A model generated the notes under the pieces. The model saw only the letters and a list, made by a program, of their open reading frames with translations, was not told the DNA's origin and made no database searches. Positions 63,880 to 64,000 of a DNA stretch of 64,000 bases are shown here, piece by piece. Source of the stretch: Eledone cirrhosa (lineage: Eukaryota); the NCBI GenBank assembly GCA_964016885.1, contig OZ024743.1:336474001-336538000 (forward strand), given 5' to 3'. Each line of letters starts with the position of its first letter. Positions within the stretch are counted from its first letter, which is position 1. The position numbers were made by a program, and so were the translations under genes.

Positions 63880-64000
63880 ATAAGTGTTCAATCGGCGGAA
63901 CAGCCTGCTCATGAAATTAACATATAAGTGGCTGAGTATTCCAGAGGCAAGTATACTCTTAACGTATTTCTCAGGGAGATTCAGCATAACACCGTGTGAC
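63880..64000. mobile_element. Octopus OK-like SINE fragment
   Basis: gtggctgagtattcca..ttaacgtatttctcagggagattcagc..gtgtgac resembles the OK family as recalled; related decayed piece at 60350-60530. Confidence 0.55.

Overview
AT-rich, microsatellite-dense eukaryotic DNA with no recognisable host gene. The tRNA-derived SINEs resemble the octopus OR/OK families, so a cephalopod (Octopus) origin is inferred. The window is a nest of retroelements inserted into (TA)n tracts. It holds decayed Penelope-like elements (PLEs; RT + GIY-YIG) of at least four families, fragments of CRE-like, Tx1/L1-like and RTE LINEs, two non-autonomous Helitron-like elements and many SINEs. The most striking signal is the density of type I hammerhead ribozyme (HHR) motifs: roughly 25 with intact CUGANGA/GAAA cores and about 10 degenerate, all found by eye. 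Many lie in PLE pseudo-LTRs, as is known. At least seven different ORF-less 305-660 nt units also occur as 1.1-1.6 head-to-tail copies, most carrying an intact or degenerate HHR, and one family is present in two circularly permuted forms. Several of these otherwise unalignable units share a bipartite motif (CTCC-N3-8-TGTWGAG ... RCTGCTRTTTC) placed just downstream of the TA patch where their 3' insertion junction falls. YRDD-type PLE tails share the first box. Together this suggests an undescribed set of retrozyme-like, probably circular, satellite RNAs mobilised by PLE reverse transcriptase. Coordinates are read manually and may be off by a few bases.
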